From the sequence record MN148435: 64,000 nt of DNA; one strand, given 5' to 3'. The translations under genes and the position numbers were made by a program. Shown here in pieces: positions 18,694 to 28,340 of this stretch. The stretch comes from Shigella phage SGF2. The notes under the pieces are model-generated. The model made no database searches. It saw only the letters and a list, made by a program, of their open reading frames with translations, and was not told the DNA's origin. Positions within the stretch are counted from its first letter, which is position 1; each line of letters starts with the position of its first letter.

Positions 18694-21600
18694 ATGGCGC
18701 TGTATCCAATAAAGTCGTTAGGTGCTGTAGGCGTTATCGCTGATCAGGCTCCGACAGACTTAGCTCCTAATGCTTTCACTAATGCTATAAATGCTCGATT
18801 TGTTGAGCAGAGAGTATTTAAGACGGGGGGCAATGCCCCTCTTTCTTATGTAGATGAAGATAAGGATTTAACCCCTCTGTCTTTCGTTTCTATGCCTTTC
18901 GATTATTATAGCGCAGGTAATAGCTTTCTTGTTGTAGGTACGGATAAGAAGTTATATAAACTGACAGATGAAAGCTTGACTGATATTAGCCGTAAGGTTG
19001 CTACAGTCACTAAGAAGGCTTCTGCCTCAATTAAGATTTATCCAGTTGTTTCTCAGATCGTTCCTAAAGAATCAACTATCTCAATGAACTTCAATCAGAC
19101 CAAGAATCTAGAGGTTTCTCTTCTCCCTGCTGATGCTAACAATACTGATCTTATTTGGGAGGTTAGTAACTCGGCCTATGGAAGTGTTACGGTAGACCCT
19201 AGTGACTCTAAACTTGCTACTCTAACATCTTTTGAGAAAGAGGGTAATCTTGTAGTAACTATCTCTACTGCTAATGAATCAGTAGTGGCTCAGATTGCTG
19301 TTAATATCATCGATGGTGATTCAGGCATCTTCTTGAGTCAAGATACTGTTACAATTCGTAAAGGAGGGACTACTACTCTCACGGCTGTTACTGGCAAGAC
19401 TCCTGTAACTTGGTCCAGCAATAACGCTTCTATTGTATCTGTAACTCCTAACGCCAACTCTTTAACTGCTGTCATTACAGCGAATGGAGAAGGTAATGTA
19501 ACAATCACTGCTGATAACGGAACTAAGACTGCTTCTTGTGAGATTGTTTCCATTCCTCAGATTGATAGTATCTCTTTAAGCCAGTCAGATGTTATTGTGA
19601 GTAGGGGTTCTCAGTATATCTTAACTGCTACCCTTTCTCCTACTAATGCTCCTAATCAAAATATTACTTGGACCTCTTCTAATCCAAATATTGCAACAGT
19701 ATCAGGGACTAGCACACAAGGGACAGTAAATGCTCTACTTGCTGGTTTTACTGAGATTACAGCTACCACTGAAGAAGGTAACAGAGTTGCTGTCTGTACT
19801 GTACGTGTAGATTTAGCTGGAAGGACAATGAGAACAAGTGCTATGGCATTTGCTGCTCCTATGTCAGAGTCAGTAGAAACTCAAGAGGAAGAAGTAGTAA
19901 CTCCTCCTGAAAGCGAAGAGACGGTTTATTTTGCTGAGCCTACATCCGGTATTGATACGTCAGGGATGTATGAAGGTAACAACTTCTATGACTACTCTAA
20001 CGTGAATGACATTGAAGGTTTTGCAAGAGCTTCTTTACTGGCAACCCCTCTGTCATCTGTAACCTTAGATATTGTCAGCGCTTCTCTTGATGTTGGTGAA
20101 GAGATTGTCATTACAGCCACAGCTTCTCCAGAAGGTGAGTACTCTTATCAGTGGTCTGTTGATAAAACTGGTTATGTTTCTACAACTTCAGTCACTGGTA
20201 AATCTATCAAACTGGTTGCTCTTCGTAAAGGGGAGATTAACGTAACCTGTACTGTCAGTCAGATGACTCAGAAAGATTACGATGCTTTTGATGACTATCC
20301 TTGGTATCACGCTGTTATCTCTAACTGTGCAGTTGCTACAACTCACTATGAAATTCCTCAGGTAAAAGAATTCGAATCAGAATACTTTGTAGACCTTCCG
20401 GGGTGGGGTGAGCAAACAGTTGTTGATAACGATGGAAACCCTTCAGTCAAGAAGTTTAACTGGAAATGTGAAAGAGTAAGATCTTTTAACAACCGTCTTT
20501 TTGCTCTGAATATGAGAGAGGCTAATGCTTCTGGTGTTACCACTAACTATCCACTTCGTCTTCGTTGGTCTAACTTTGCCAATGAGAACAAAGCTCCTAC
20601 ACTGTGGGATGACTTTGCCTATGATCGAGTTGTGTCTTCGGACTTGGCTTCTAACATCGTAGGACAGACTCAGGCTTTAGAGAATGGGTATGCTGGTTAC
20701 ATTGACCTAGCGGATTCTAATGGTAGTTTGATTGATATCCTACCTCTTAAAGATTACTTGTTCGTTTATACAGAGTTTGAAACGTATATTGGCTCTCCTA
20801 CTAATAACACGTACCAACCTCTAATGTTCAAGAAGCTCTTTAACGACTCTGGTATCCTTGCTCCTGAGTGTGTGGTTGAAGTAGAAGGTAGTCACTTCGT
20901 AGTTACTCAGAACGATGTAATCTTACACAATGGTGCAACCAAGAAGTCAATTGCATCTAACCGTGTCAAGAACATGTTGATTAACGAGGTGTGTCTGGTT
21001 AACCCTCTAGCAACTCGAGTACACTTGCATCAGGATAAGAAAGAAGTTTGGGTTCTCTATGTAGGTCCGGGAGAGCCGAAAGAAAGCTTCGCTTGCACTA
21101 AAGCTGCTGTATGGAACTACGAGTTTGATACTTGGTCTTTCCGTACTATCCCTTATGCTCAGTGTATCGGTCTGGTTGATCCTCCTGTTTTAGAGAGAGG
21201 TCCAATCTGGTCTGACTTCCAAGAGATCACTTGGGATGATCCATCTATCAAAGAACTTGTTTGGAGAAAGGATGCAACAAACTTTAGACAGAGGGTTACA
21301 ATAGTAGGTTCATTCTTGAGGGGATTCTATCAAGTGGATGTTGGTGCTTTGGATTACTTCTATGATAGGCTTAATGATAAGGTTATAGAAAAACCACTGG
21401 AGATGAGGTTAGAAAGAACTGGTATGGATTTTGATAACATCACTAACGAATGGAATCAGAAACATATCAACAGGTTCCGACCTCAGACAACTGGCTCAGG
21501 CACTTATACATTTGAAGCTGGAGGTAGTCAATTCTCAAATGAATATGGACACCCACACACATCTAAGACTTATACAATCGGTGTTGACAGGCATGTCTCG

Positions 21601-21711
21601 GTGAGACTGAACCATCCATACCTTTTCTATAATGTTATAGATAATGATGTTAACAGTAATGCTGCTATCAATGGGTTAACGATAGAGTTTGCTGTTGGCG
21701 GACGGAGATAA
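18694..21711 (+). CDS. large structural protein with Ig-like repeats
   Basis: 1005 aa; N-terminal repeated T/S/V-rich beta-type segments. Confidence 0.5.
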   Translation: MALYPIKSLGAVGVIADQAPTDLAPNAFTNAINARFVEQRVFKTGGNAPLSYVDEDKDLTPLSFVSMPFDYYSAGNSFLVVGTDKKLYKLTDESLTDISRKVATVTKKASASIKIYPVVSQIVPKESTISMNFNQTKNLEVSLLPADANNTDLIWEVSNSAYGSVTVDPSDSKLATLTSFEKEGNLVVTISTANESVVAQIAVNIIDGDSGIFLSQDTVTIRKGGTTTLTAVTGKTPVTWSSNNASIVSVTPNANSLTAVITANGEGNVTITADNGTKTASCEIVSIPQIDSISLSQSDVIVSRGSQYILTATLSPTNAPNQNITWTSSNPNIATVSGTSTQGTVNALLAGFTEITATTEEGNRVAVCTVRVDLAGRTMRTSAMAFAAPMSESVETQEEEVVTPPESEETVYFAEPTSGIDTSGMYEGNNFYDYSNVNDIEGFARASLLATPLSSVTLDIVSASLDVGEEIVITATASPEGEYSYQWSVDKTGYVSTTSVTGKSIKLVALRKGEINVTCTVSQMTQKDYDAFDDYPWYHAVISNCAVATTHYEIPQVKEFESEYFVDLPGWGEQTVVDNDGNPSVKKFNWKCERVRSFNNRLFALNMREANASGVTTNYPLRLRWSNFANENKAPTLWDDFAYDRVVSSDLASNIVGQTQALENGYAGYIDLADSNGSLIDILPLKDYLFVYTEFETYIGSPTNNTYQPLMFKKLFNDSGILAPECVVEVEGSHFVVTQNDVILHNGATKKSIASNRVKNMLINEVCLVNPLATRVHLHQDKKEVWVLYVGPGEPKESFACTKAAVWNYEFDTWSFRTIPYAQCIGLVDPPVLERGPIWSDFQEITWDDPSIKELVWRKDATNFRQRVTIVGSFLRGFYQVDVGALDYFYDRLNDKVIEKPLEMRLERTGMDFDNITNEWNQKHINRFRPQTTGSGTYTFEAGGSQFSNEYGHPHTSKTYTIGVDRHVSVRLNHPYLFYNVIDNDVNSNAAINGLTIEFAVGGRR

Positions 21712-21716
21712 CAACA

Positions 21717-21743
21717 AGGGGCTTCGTGCCCCTTTTATTGTTT
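21717..21743 (+). terminator. intrinsic terminator
   Basis: ggggc-ttcgt-gcccc followed by ttttattgtttt. Confidence 0.5.
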
Positions 21744-21754
21744 TGGAGGAACTT

Positions 21755-22723
21755 ATGGGTGCAGGTGGTTTTCGTAAGAACACTGGTCGTAATAACACCA
21801 CACTCCCGTACAACGTTGGGTTTCTCAATAATGTACAGGACACAGAAACATATAACGTAGCCGTATATGACGAGCTACAGAAAGTCAGCACAGCTACTAA
21901 CCAAATGTTCCAAGCTATTGATGAGATTCACGATGAGATTGATGTTCGTATCAAAGCTCTTCACGCGATGAACTTACAATTTGATGAGCTTGAGAATAGG
22001 ATTACTACAGAGATAGAGACAGCTATTGCAGATATTCAAACACAGATGGGGAATCTTTCCACTGAAGATATTTGGGATAATTCTGTTCAACCTCCTGTAA
22101 AATTAGAAAGCACTGTATCTGGCTTTAAAACAAGTATTGAGGGTAACACAACTAAGATTCAAACGGTAGAAGGGATTGTTAATGACCAAGGTCAAGAGAT
22201 TGCTTTAGTTCAAACAGAGATTCAAAATATTAATGGAAGCCTCTCTCAGTATATGAAGCTTTCTGAGTATGAAGCTACGTGGGGTGTTAACTCTACAGTC
22301 AACGGAAGGTATGCTGGGGTCAAGTTAACTAACAACGGAACAAATAGCCAATTCCAAGTAACAGCTAACAAGTTTATTGTTGGTGATGGAAGCTCTGGTA
22401 ACACCCCTTTTGTATTTGAGGGCGGAAGGGCTAGGATGGAGTTCGCTGACATAAAGAACGTCAACATCACAACAGCTCAAATTGCCAATGCTAGAATCCA
22501 ATGGGCACAGATAGATAACGTATCTATTTCTAATGCTCAGATTCAGAATTTATCAGCGGATAAAATCACTGCTGGTTCTATGTGGGGTTCTAACTGGAGA
22601 CTTACTGTTGGTGGTGATTTTGTTATGGGTGGTACAGGTGGGGCACAGTTATGGATGAATGGAAACAGAATAGACTTCTACGATGGAAGTGGTGCTCTAA
22701 GAATTAGAATAGGGAGTTGGTAA
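21755..22723 (+). CDS. tail fibre-like protein
   Basis: track ORF starts 21689 inside terminator; ATG 21755 has GGAGG RBS; repeated motifs AQIANARIQWAQIDNVSISNAQIQN. Confidence 0.45.
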   Translation: MGAGGFRKNTGRNNTTLPYNVGFLNNVQDTETYNVAVYDELQKVSTATNQMFQAIDEIHDEIDVRIKALHAMNLQFDELENRITTEIETAIADIQTQMGNLSTEDIWDNSVQPPVKLESTVSGFKTSIEGNTTKIQTVEGIVNDQGQEIALVQTEIQNINGSLSQYMKLSEYEATWGVNSTVNGRYAGVKLTNNGTNSQFQVTANKFIVGDGSSGNTPFVFEGGRARMEFADIKNVNITTAQIANARIQWAQIDNVSISNAQIQNLSADKITAGSMWGSNWRLTVGGDFVMGGTGGAQLWMNGNRIDFYDGSGALRIRIGSW

Positions 22724-22724
22724 T

Positions 22725-23756
22725 ATGGCATATGGAATATGGACACAACCAGTAGGGCCGGGGCCAGCAACCCCCGCTCCCTTGTTTATTGATAGCGGAA
22801 GTACTTTCCCTCAGTTCAAGAACAGTATAAGAGGGAGCTTTAACTTTAATGGAGCTGGGAGATCTTTCCCTATTAGTGGATGGGATGGTAGTGGTCAGAT
22901 AGTTATTGTTCCCACTGGTTCTCTGTGCTGGCAATGGGAAGTCCCTCCTAACTTAGTCCCTGATGTTTATTGTGTAAATAACATCTATGTAGAAAATGCC
23001 TCATCTTTTAGGGTTACTCTGAACCAGAATCCCGGCGGCAATCCTTTATTTGACTGTGGATTCAACGTCTACCAGATTTGGCCTAGAGCTGATAGAAACT
23101 ATGGGATAACTTTCTCAAATACAGCAGACTACTTTTCCATATCAGATGCTGGGGTTGTTGGTCAATGCATTTGGGCTTGGCAGGGGGTCATAAACAATGC
23201 CCTTCAGATACCAAATATCGGTGGGTTCAATATGACCAATGCTGTTGTATTTGCTAATTGGTCTGATGGAGGACTCGGGCTGTCTTATACCTCTGATGAC
23301 AGAGTTATTCGTGTCTACCAGAACAGACCTTACGTAAACGGCAACACTAATGAGGGTGGTTCTGTGTTTGCTAGAATTGCAGTATTCTGCAATGGGGCAG
23401 GTGTTCCGGAACATAATGGAGGTTTAAATATCTACTCTCCGGGAACCACTCAATGTGTATTTTCTACTAACAGAACACCTTTCACTGTGGATACTTTTAT
23501 AGGCTCAGGAGGTGGTAACACTGGAATGGCGTACCCTATGATACCTCTTACTTCTGGAATAGGTGCAATAAAAGGCCAAGGTAGTGGGTGGAGATACCAG
23601 CAAATGAGATCTCACACAATGAGTGGCTCTAGTATAGGAACTGGTTATGGAAGGTACTTATTTCAGTGGAATCAAAATTACGATCTAGGGGCTGACACTG
23701 TTGTTAACTTATCAGTTCCTGTAATAAACGCAGCTAAGGTTTTTGCTGGACTATAA
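22725..23756 (+). CDS. structural protein
   Basis: 343-aa ORF, G/N/S-rich beta-type composition. Confidence 0.4.
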   Translation: MAYGIWTQPVGPGPATPAPLFIDSGSTFPQFKNSIRGSFNFNGAGRSFPISGWDGSGQIVIVPTGSLCWQWEVPPNLVPDVYCVNNIYVENASSFRVTLNQNPGGNPLFDCGFNVYQIWPRADRNYGITFSNTADYFSISDAGVVGQCIWAWQGVINNALQIPNIGGFNMTNAVVFANWSDGGLGLSYTSDDRVIRVYQNRPYVNGNTNEGGSVFARIAVFCNGAGVPEHNGGLNIYSPGTTQCVFSTNRTPFTVDTFIGSGGGNTGMAYPMIPLTSGIGAIKGQGSGWRYQQMRSHTMSGSSIGTGYGRYLFQWNQNYDLGADTVVNLSVPVINAAKVFAGL

Positions 23757-23768
23757 CAAGGAGATATT

Positions 23769-24551
23769 ATGGCAATTAAAATGGGTATTGAAGAACTAGA
23801 CCCAATGGTGCAACAGGCTTCAAAGAAGTATGGAATACCAGCTGCTTTGATTCATGCTGTAATCCAAAGAGAGTCTAGTGGACGTCCTAAAGTAGCCTCT
23901 GGAACTGGTCCTGTAGGTTTAATGCAGATCAGTAAAGGATTGGCTAAAGACTATGGATACAAACTAGAAGATAGACTGGACCCAGCAAAGAATATTGACA
24001 TGGGTGCTCGTTATATCAGAGATAACTTAAAAGCTTTTAATGGTGATGTTAAGAAAGCGATGGTTGGTTACTCTGAAGGGACAGGGGGTGCTAGGCAGAT
24101 GTTTGCTGGTAAGAAAGGGTTTACTCCTCAGGCGCTTGACTCAATGAACAACAAACATTTTCTCCCTTTCTATGGTGATGCTGCTTCTCAGATTGCTAAC
24201 CCTGTTGGAGCTTTGCAAGCTGTTCAACCAGTTAACCAATTTAGTCCGGATACCCTTGATAGGGAGAAGGCTGCTCAAGCTCCGACTCAGGCAGAAATTG
24301 CTGCTTCTAAGACTGGTGCTTTAGGTGGCAATCCAGTAGAGTTTTACTCTGATGAAGTTCAGGAAGGTGAGGACCAGAAGCCTCAACAGAACTTTGGTAA
24401 TGCAGTATTAGGGGTAGCTGCTATGCTTGCTGGTAAACCTCCTACTTCTCAAACAGTTCAGAGAGTGAGTACACCTCATGCAGCAGGTTCTCAGTACAGT
24501 CCACAAACACAAGCAGTGCTTAGACGTTTGGCTAGCATTGGTGTTAAGTAA
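23769..24551 (+). CDS. internal virion protein with lytic transglycosylase (SLT) domain
   Basis: ALIHAVIQRESSGRPKVASGTGPVGLMQI matches SLT ES...GLMQ catalytic signature. Confidence 0.65.
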   Translation: MAIKMGIEELDPMVQQASKKYGIPAALIHAVIQRESSGRPKVASGTGPVGLMQISKGLAKDYGYKLEDRLDPAKNIDMGARYIRDNLKAFNGDVKKAMVGYSEGTGGARQMFAGKKGFTPQALDSMNNKHFLPFYGDAASQIANPVGALQAVQPVNQFSPDTLDREKAAQAPTQAEIAASKTGALGGNPVEFYSDEVQEGEDQKPQQNFGNAVLGVAAMLAGKPPTSQTVQRVSTPHAAGSQYSPQTQAVLRRLASIGVK

Positions 24552-24570
24552 TAATCGTTAAGGAGGACTT

Positions 24571-25623
24571 ATGTCTTTATTTGGAAAATCAGCTTCTAGC
24601 AAAACCACAGTGGCTCCTTCCTCTCAGGTTGATGCCCTGCTGAAGCAGATTGTTGCTAATGCTCAGAATATGCAGAACAACGATCAGGGATTTATTTCCC
24701 AACAGCTGGCTGGGTTTAACGGCAACCAACAAGGTGCTCTGAATAACTTAGCAGCTTCTACTACTCAAAAGCAATTGGCTAATATGTACACACCTCGTAC
24801 ACAGCAAGGTTTGGACCAACTGAACTCCCTTGCTCAACAGTATCAGAATATTGTTAATGGTGGTGGTTTAACTGCTGATGGTGTTAACAACTTCAGTAAA
24901 GGGTTAAACAACTCGGCTCTTGCTCAGGCTACTAGTAAGGCAGCTTCTAATGTATCTCTTGGAAATGGTTCTGATTCAGGTTCCCTCCGTAGAGCTGCTG
25001 CTCAAGGTGCTGCTCTGAATGGCGCTAATACAAATCTATCTCGTACCATCAACGGTAAGAACATGGGAATCAGTGCTCTTCAACAAGACCAGAACTTCCA
25101 GAGAGGTTTGCTTGGTGCTCAGTCTGGTTTAGCTGGACAGAACCTCAACCTTGGTGCACAAGGTGTTCAGGCAACTCAGCAAGCTATCCAGAATCAACTC
25201 ATGGCTGGTAATCTACAACAGCAACAAGCTCAAGCTCAAGCAGATATCAATTGGCAGAATGCTATTGGCTCTCAGCAGTATGGATGGAATCAGCTTAACA
25301 ACCAGCTTAATGTATTAAACAGTGTAAGCCCTATGGCTGGATACACGATTAAGAATGCTGCTCCGGGAGTTAATACTGGACAACAGCTCCTAGGTGCTGG
25401 TATCACTGGCTTGGGTATTGCAGGTCGTATGGGTGCTTTCTCTCCTAACCAACAGACTCAGAATGCTTGGAGTTCCTATAACAACTCAGGTGGGCAGTCT
25501 GGTATGGCTGGTCCTATGATTGGAGGTTCTAATCTTTCTCAACAGAAAGGTCAGTCTAACTGGTTATCCACAACGGGTAATAATATCTTAGGCGGTGTCT
25601 TAGGGGCATTCGGAGCAAACTAA
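24571..25623 (+). CDS. Q/N/G-rich internal virion protein
   Basis: 350 aa, low-complexity Q/N/A/G-rich. Confidence 0.4.
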   Translation: MSLFGKSASSKTTVAPSSQVDALLKQIVANAQNMQNNDQGFISQQLAGFNGNQQGALNNLAASTTQKQLANMYTPRTQQGLDQLNSLAQQYQNIVNGGGLTADGVNNFSKGLNNSALAQATSKAASNVSLGNGSDSGSLRRAAAQGAALNGANTNLSRTINGKNMGISALQQDQNFQRGLLGAQSGLAGQNLNLGAQGVQATQQAIQNQLMAGNLQQQQAQAQADINWQNAIGSQQYGWNQLNNQLNVLNSVSPMAGYTIKNAAPGVNTGQQLLGAGITGLGIAGRMGAFSPNQQTQNAWSSYNNSGGQSGMAGPMIGGSNLSQQKGQSNWLSTTGNNILGGVLGAFGAN

Positions 25624-25635
25624 AGGAGATTTGAT

Positions 25636-26604
25636 ATGGCTTTATTTGGAGGAGGGAATAGTAAAACTACTTCCCAAATGATTCGCCCTGAATACATTCA
25701 ACAGTATATTGACCAGCTTAACCAACAGATTGGTAATACTAGTTCAGGGGATTATGTTTATCGTGACAATGTAGGGTTTAATAACAACCAGACAGAAGCT
25801 CTTAACAACTTGGCACAGTCTGGTGCTCTAGGGACTCTCTCGCAGCAATACATGGATGCAGCAGGTCAAGGGTTAGGTTATCTGGATAATGCCTATAAAG
25901 GCTACCAGAGCCTCTCTGGACAAGGTGGTATTACTGGAGAACAGATTGGTGCTCTCGCTGGTCAGCTGTATGATGACGATGTTGTGCAAGCAGCCATTAC
26001 AGCTAATAATGAACAAGTTCAACAGAACCTAGCACGTAATGCTTTGCCTCAGTTAGCTCAACAGTATGCTGGTCAACAGGGTTCAGGTGCTCGTATGGCT
26101 AAGTCCTTTGCCCAAGGTGATGCTCTGAATCAGATGCAAGGCCAAGCAACAGATATTACCAATAGCGCCTATAACTCAGCTATTAGTCAAGCTGAAAGCA
26201 TCCTATCTGGTAACAGACAGAATCAGGCAGCTGCTCTCTCAGGTCTTTCTACTATCGGTTCTAACCTTTCTAACTTAGGTCAGCAAGGTGCTAATTTGTC
26301 TCAGCAGCAAATAATGAATCAATGGAATGCAGGGTTGCAGCAACAACAGCAACAACAGAATGAATATGATAATGCCTACCAGAATGCTCAGAACGCAGCT
26401 AATTGGGGATGGCAAGATATCAACAACCAACTCGGTGCAGCAGGTGTACTTAACGGCGCTCTCGGACAAACTACAACTACTAAAACATCTGGTGGCAAAG
26501 GTGGTTTCCTTGGTGGAGCTATGAGTGGTGCAGCAGCAGGTTCTTCCTTTGGGCCTTGGGGTGCATTGGCTGGAGGTGTAATCGGTGGGTTGGCTAGTAC
26601 TTAA
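25636..26604 (+). CDS. Q/N/G-rich internal virion protein
   Basis: 322 aa; poly-Q run QQQQQQQN; glycine-rich C-terminus. Confidence 0.4.
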   Translation: MALFGGGNSKTTSQMIRPEYIQQYIDQLNQQIGNTSSGDYVYRDNVGFNNNQTEALNNLAQSGALGTLSQQYMDAAGQGLGYLDNAYKGYQSLSGQGGITGEQIGALAGQLYDDDVVQAAITANNEQVQQNLARNALPQLAQQYAGQQGSGARMAKSFAQGDALNQMQGQATDITNSAYNSAISQAESILSGNRQNQAAALSGLSTIGSNLSNLGQQGANLSQQQIMNQWNAGLQQQQQQQNEYDNAYQNAQNAANWGWQDINNQLGAAGVLNGALGQTTTTKTSGGKGGFLGGAMSGAAAGSSFGPWGALAGGVIGGLAST

Positions 26605-26617
26605 TTAGGAGACAAAT

Positions 26618-28273
26618 ATGCAACAGACAACTTACGCTCAGGTCAGAAGTCGTGATCCGAGAAATACTTTTTATGGTGTTAATCCGGGAGCGGCTTCGGC
26701 CTCTCCTTATATGGCTAGACCTACTCAGACAGCTGATGTTTCTATGTACCAACGTCCTGCTGTACCTTCATCTCTCGCAGGTCTTGTCTCTCAGGCAGAA
26801 GAAGATCAGAATGCTATGGTGAATCCGGGATTCCAGCAACGTCTTATGGAACAACAGAATCAAGGAACTCCAACAAGCCTTCAGGGTATTAATATTGGAG
26901 AGCCAGCTCCTGTAGCAGCTAATCCTAATTTATCCACTGATCAAGGTTTGCAGGATGCTGGACTTATGCCTAGTGACCCTCTTCCGGTAACACCTCCTAC
27001 TAAACCACTAGAAGCTGGTCCTATGGAGTTTACTCCTTCTCAGGTGGAACAGGCACAAGGTGTGATTAACACTCTTGCTCAAGGACAAGACACCGGTGAC
27101 GGAATGACTGCTGCTACTCGCACTAAAGATCAAGAGCGTGTTAACAATGATATCATGCAGGTTGCTAAAGCTAAAGACCCTTCAGAAGCTTGGAATAAAC
27201 TACAGAAAGAACCTTTCTATCAGAACTCCAGTTTCTATACAGGTTTGATGGGTGTAGGTCTTTCTATCATGTCAGGTAAGTCTCCTATCGAAGCGTTTCA
27301 GATTGGTCAGGGAATGGCTAATCAAGATGAGACTAAGAAGCAACTGGAAGCTAACCGTGATGCATTAGTTGAACAGGGTTTCTCTCAAGACTCTATTGCT
27401 GCTGCTATTGCAAGTGGTGATCCTTCTCTTCTGAAGATGAGAGCTAAAAATCCTCTTCAACAGGAAGCTCTGTATGCTGCTCGTGAAGAACGTCAGAATG
27501 CTGAGTGGGATAGACGTCAACAGATTCAAGAGCAGTCTATGCGTGAACGTGCTGAGGAAACTCGTCGTGCTGCTGAAAAGAGAACTGACATGAACTTTGA
27601 ACGTCAGAAAGAGTTGATTGGCTATCGTGATAAGGTTAAGGCTGAACGTGCTGAACAAGCTGCTCAGAGTTTTAACTTTAACCCGAAAGAAGTTCGTCTT
27701 GCTCAGAACACAGCTGAAGGTACAGTTGCTAAGCAGTGGGCGGAGAAAGGTGGTCTGTTTAACCAGTCCAACAAAGACTTGGATTTGGCTGACAAAGCAG
27801 TTAAAGATAAAGACTACCAGACAGCTCGTTCTGCTTACATGCAGGCTATCATGAACTCCGCAAGGGCTGAAATCGGTGCTACCCGTTCTCTTACTGAAGA
27901 AGACTTGGGACACTTCGCAGAAGACCCATCAATCTTCGTTCGTGTTGGCAACAAGTTTGCACTGAAATCTGGATGGCGTCCTACTGATGCTGCTCTTTCT
28001 TATGCTCGTAAGCAGGCTAATGTTGGTCACACCTCTGCAATGAAGGGTGTTGCTGATGCTAAGAAGGCTACTATCGAAGCATACATCGGTTCTGGTATGG
28101 ATAAGAAGAGAGCTACTGCATTGGTTAACCGTGCAATCCCTTCTGGTGGTTTCTATGACCCTCTAGGTGTTTTCTCTGAACAAGCAGAAGAAGCAGTTGG
28201 TGGTGCAGCAACCAATCCTAAGCTTAATGGTGCTTTATCAGCTGTCGAAGACACTAGCTGGTTTACTCAATAA
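26618..28273 (+). CDS. internal virion protein
   Basis: 551-aa ORF in ejection-protein block. Confidence 0.4.
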   Translation: MQQTTYAQVRSRDPRNTFYGVNPGAASASPYMARPTQTADVSMYQRPAVPSSLAGLVSQAEEDQNAMVNPGFQQRLMEQQNQGTPTSLQGINIGEPAPVAANPNLSTDQGLQDAGLMPSDPLPVTPPTKPLEAGPMEFTPSQVEQAQGVINTLAQGQDTGDGMTAATRTKDQERVNNDIMQVAKAKDPSEAWNKLQKEPFYQNSSFYTGLMGVGLSIMSGKSPIEAFQIGQGMANQDETKKQLEANRDALVEQGFSQDSIAAAIASGDPSLLKMRAKNPLQQEALYAAREERQNAEWDRRQQIQEQSMRERAEETRRAAEKRTDMNFERQKELIGYRDKVKAERAEQAAQSFNFNPKEVRLAQNTAEGTVAKQWAEKGGLFNQSNKDLDLADKAVKDKDYQTARSAYMQAIMNSARAEIGATRSLTEEDLGHFAEDPSIFVRVGNKFALKSGWRPTDAALSYARKQANVGHTSAMKGVADAKKATIEAYIGSGMDKKRATALVNRAIPSGGFYDPLGVFSEQAEEAVGGAATNPKLNGALSAVEDTSWFTQ

Positions 28274-28293
28274 GACCTAAGTCCTGCCTTCTA

Positions 28294-28302
28294 TAATGTA
28301 TA
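28294..28302 (+). promoter_or_regulatory. TAATGTATA promoter-like motif
   Basis: exact 9-mer 38 nt upstream of ATG 28341, which has AAGGAG RBS. Confidence 0.45.
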
Positions 28303-28340
28303 TAGGGGGTAGGACATTTTTATTTATAAAAGGAGACGTT

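Noticed and set aside
27365-27913. 182-aa ORF on the - strand
   Set aside because: Antisense inside the 551-aa + strand virion protein gene; low-complexity S/F/L-rich translation.
28296-28340. Upstream ATG start for the 1488-aa protein
   Set aside because: This ATG sits inside the TAATGTATA motif and has no RBS; ATG 28341 with AAGGAG is preferred.
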